A stretch of DNA of 64,000 nt. Source: an archaeon. GTDB taxonomy: Archaea > Nanobdellota > Nanobdellia > Woesearchaeales > GW2011-AR9. The translations under genes were made by a program, and so were the position numbers. The notes under the pieces are model-generated. The model ran no database searches. It was not told the origin of the DNA and saw only the letters and a list, made by a program, of their open reading frames with translations. The stretch covers positions 3,992 through 67,991 of the forward strand of contig JABHRS010000022.1 in assembly GCA_018670085.1 (NCBI GenBank). The letters are read 5' to 3'. Shown one piece after another: positions 63,483 through 64,000 of the stretch. The stretch's first letter is position 1. Every line of letters begins with the position of its first letter.

Positions 63483-64000
63483 TTTCAAAGTTATATATGT
63501 TAATAAAACTAAATTCAAAATCTTGATTGTTTATCTGAGTGATATTGTCAGTAATTCTAAATAATACTTGGTCATTTTCAATGAAAGCAGCATAAACTTT
63601 CAAATCATTGTTAATTGCAAGTTCCACTACACAACTAAGACAAATTGCCTTTGGATCTTCTGTTTGTTCCCTTAATAATTCTTCAACGACTTGGTAAATT
63701 ACAAATAAACTAGATTTTGTTTGGATATTAAATGAACTAAGCTCTTGAGTTGTATCTTCGATATTAATTGAGATTGGATAATTAATGTCAAAATTGATAT
63801 TATCTTGATTGATAGTTGTGGTCGTTGTGATACTACCTGTCTGAATATGATAACCTTGTTTTTCAAAAGAAGAATAGTCTCGAGTACAAAAGAATAATTC
63901 ACTGTTAACATATAAAGATAGTTGATTTTGAATTTCTTCGATTGAAAGCAGATGATTTTCGGAGATATAAAAGAAATAAGGGAGATAAAGGTAATCATCT
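63448..64000 (-). CDS. hypothetical protein, C-terminal part only (N-terminus beyond the right edge)
   Basis: Hand translation of the reverse strand gives an open frame from the window edge to the TAA at 63448-63450: ...DDYLYLPYFFYISENHLLSIEEIQNQLSLYVNSELFFCTRDYSSFEKQGYH...ICLSCVVELAINNDLKVYAAFIENDQVLFRITDN...FENEEVEEDESLE. The track ORF 63699-63998 is a different, low-complexity frame. Confidence 0.5.
   Translation of the reverse strand, partial: DDYLYLPYFFYISENHLLSIEEIQNQLSLYVNSELFFCTRDYSSFEKQGYHIQTGSITTTTTINQDNINFDINYPISINIEDTTQELSSFNIQTKSSLFVIYQVVEELLREQTEDPKAICLSCVVELAINNDLKVYAAFIENDQVLFRITDNITQINNQDFEFSFINIYNFENEEVEEDESLE

Noticed and set aside
63699-63998. Track ORF (99 aa, minus strand) MITFISLISFISPKIICFQSKKF...
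   Set aside because: Its composition is low-complexity Ile/Leu/Ser/Lys, typical of an off-frame read in AT-rich DNA. Another minus-strand frame is open from the window edge to 63448 with protein-like sequence, and that frame is annotated instead.
1-64000. CRISPR arrays, rRNA genes, transposases/IS elements, toxin-antitoxin pairs, alternative genetic code
   Set aside because: No regularly spaced repeat-spacer pattern, rRNA-like conserved blocks or DDE/serine/tyrosine recombinase motifs were seen. TAA, TAG and TGA each terminate recognisable genes at expected lengths (gyrA TAA, the 7145-8302 gene TAG, infB and the giant gene TGA).

Overview
AT-rich (about one-third G+C by eye), tightly packed archaeal chromosome segment. 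All three standard stop codons end recognisable genes at normal lengths, so the code is standard. The gene set (PolD DP1/DP2, Orc1/Cdc6, MCM, TBP, aIF5B, aEF-1beta, Trm1, an intron-containing tRNA-Trp, many small secreted proteins, several enzymes with eroded motifs) suggests a small-genome, possibly DPANN-type archaeon; that placement is inference only. Left third (1-27.7 kb): surface protein, ScpB, GyrA, then on the minus strand PolD-DP2, an unrecognisable 765-aa gene, PolD-DP1 and Orc1/Cdc6. These abut a 1.5-kb gene-free AT-rich spacer carrying three ORB-like boxes around an A/T-only tract, the predicted oriC. A TBP-MCM-RPA32-like operon follows. Middle (27.7-44 kb): tRNA modification and translation housekeeping. 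This includes a compact Ubl-TtuA/NcsA-E1 sulfur-carrier operon, a ThiI paralog with a destroyed PP-loop, Trm1, aIF5B, aEF-1beta, an RtcA-Nudix fusion, tRNA-Trp(CCA) with a 49-nt intron, a UbiA-family prenyltransferase and an amino-acid permease. Right third (44.1-60.7 kb) is the main candidate for an undescribed system. It is a 16.5-kb single-direction locus encoding a ~2130-aa Cys-rich, acidic, C-terminally anchored surface protein. Sixteen tightly coupled genes follow; about fourteen begin with an archaeal class III (type IV pilin-like) signal peptide of the KK[GA]-Q/E + hydrophobic helix type, and two of the sixteen are tiny ORFs missing from the ORF track. No assembly ATPase, platform protein or prepilin peptidase lies in the window. 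A convergent operon of secreted/anchored proteins, one with an HExxH motif, closes the window. No rRNA, CRISPR array, transposase or integrase was seen. All family assignments come from motif recognition by eye and need profile searches.
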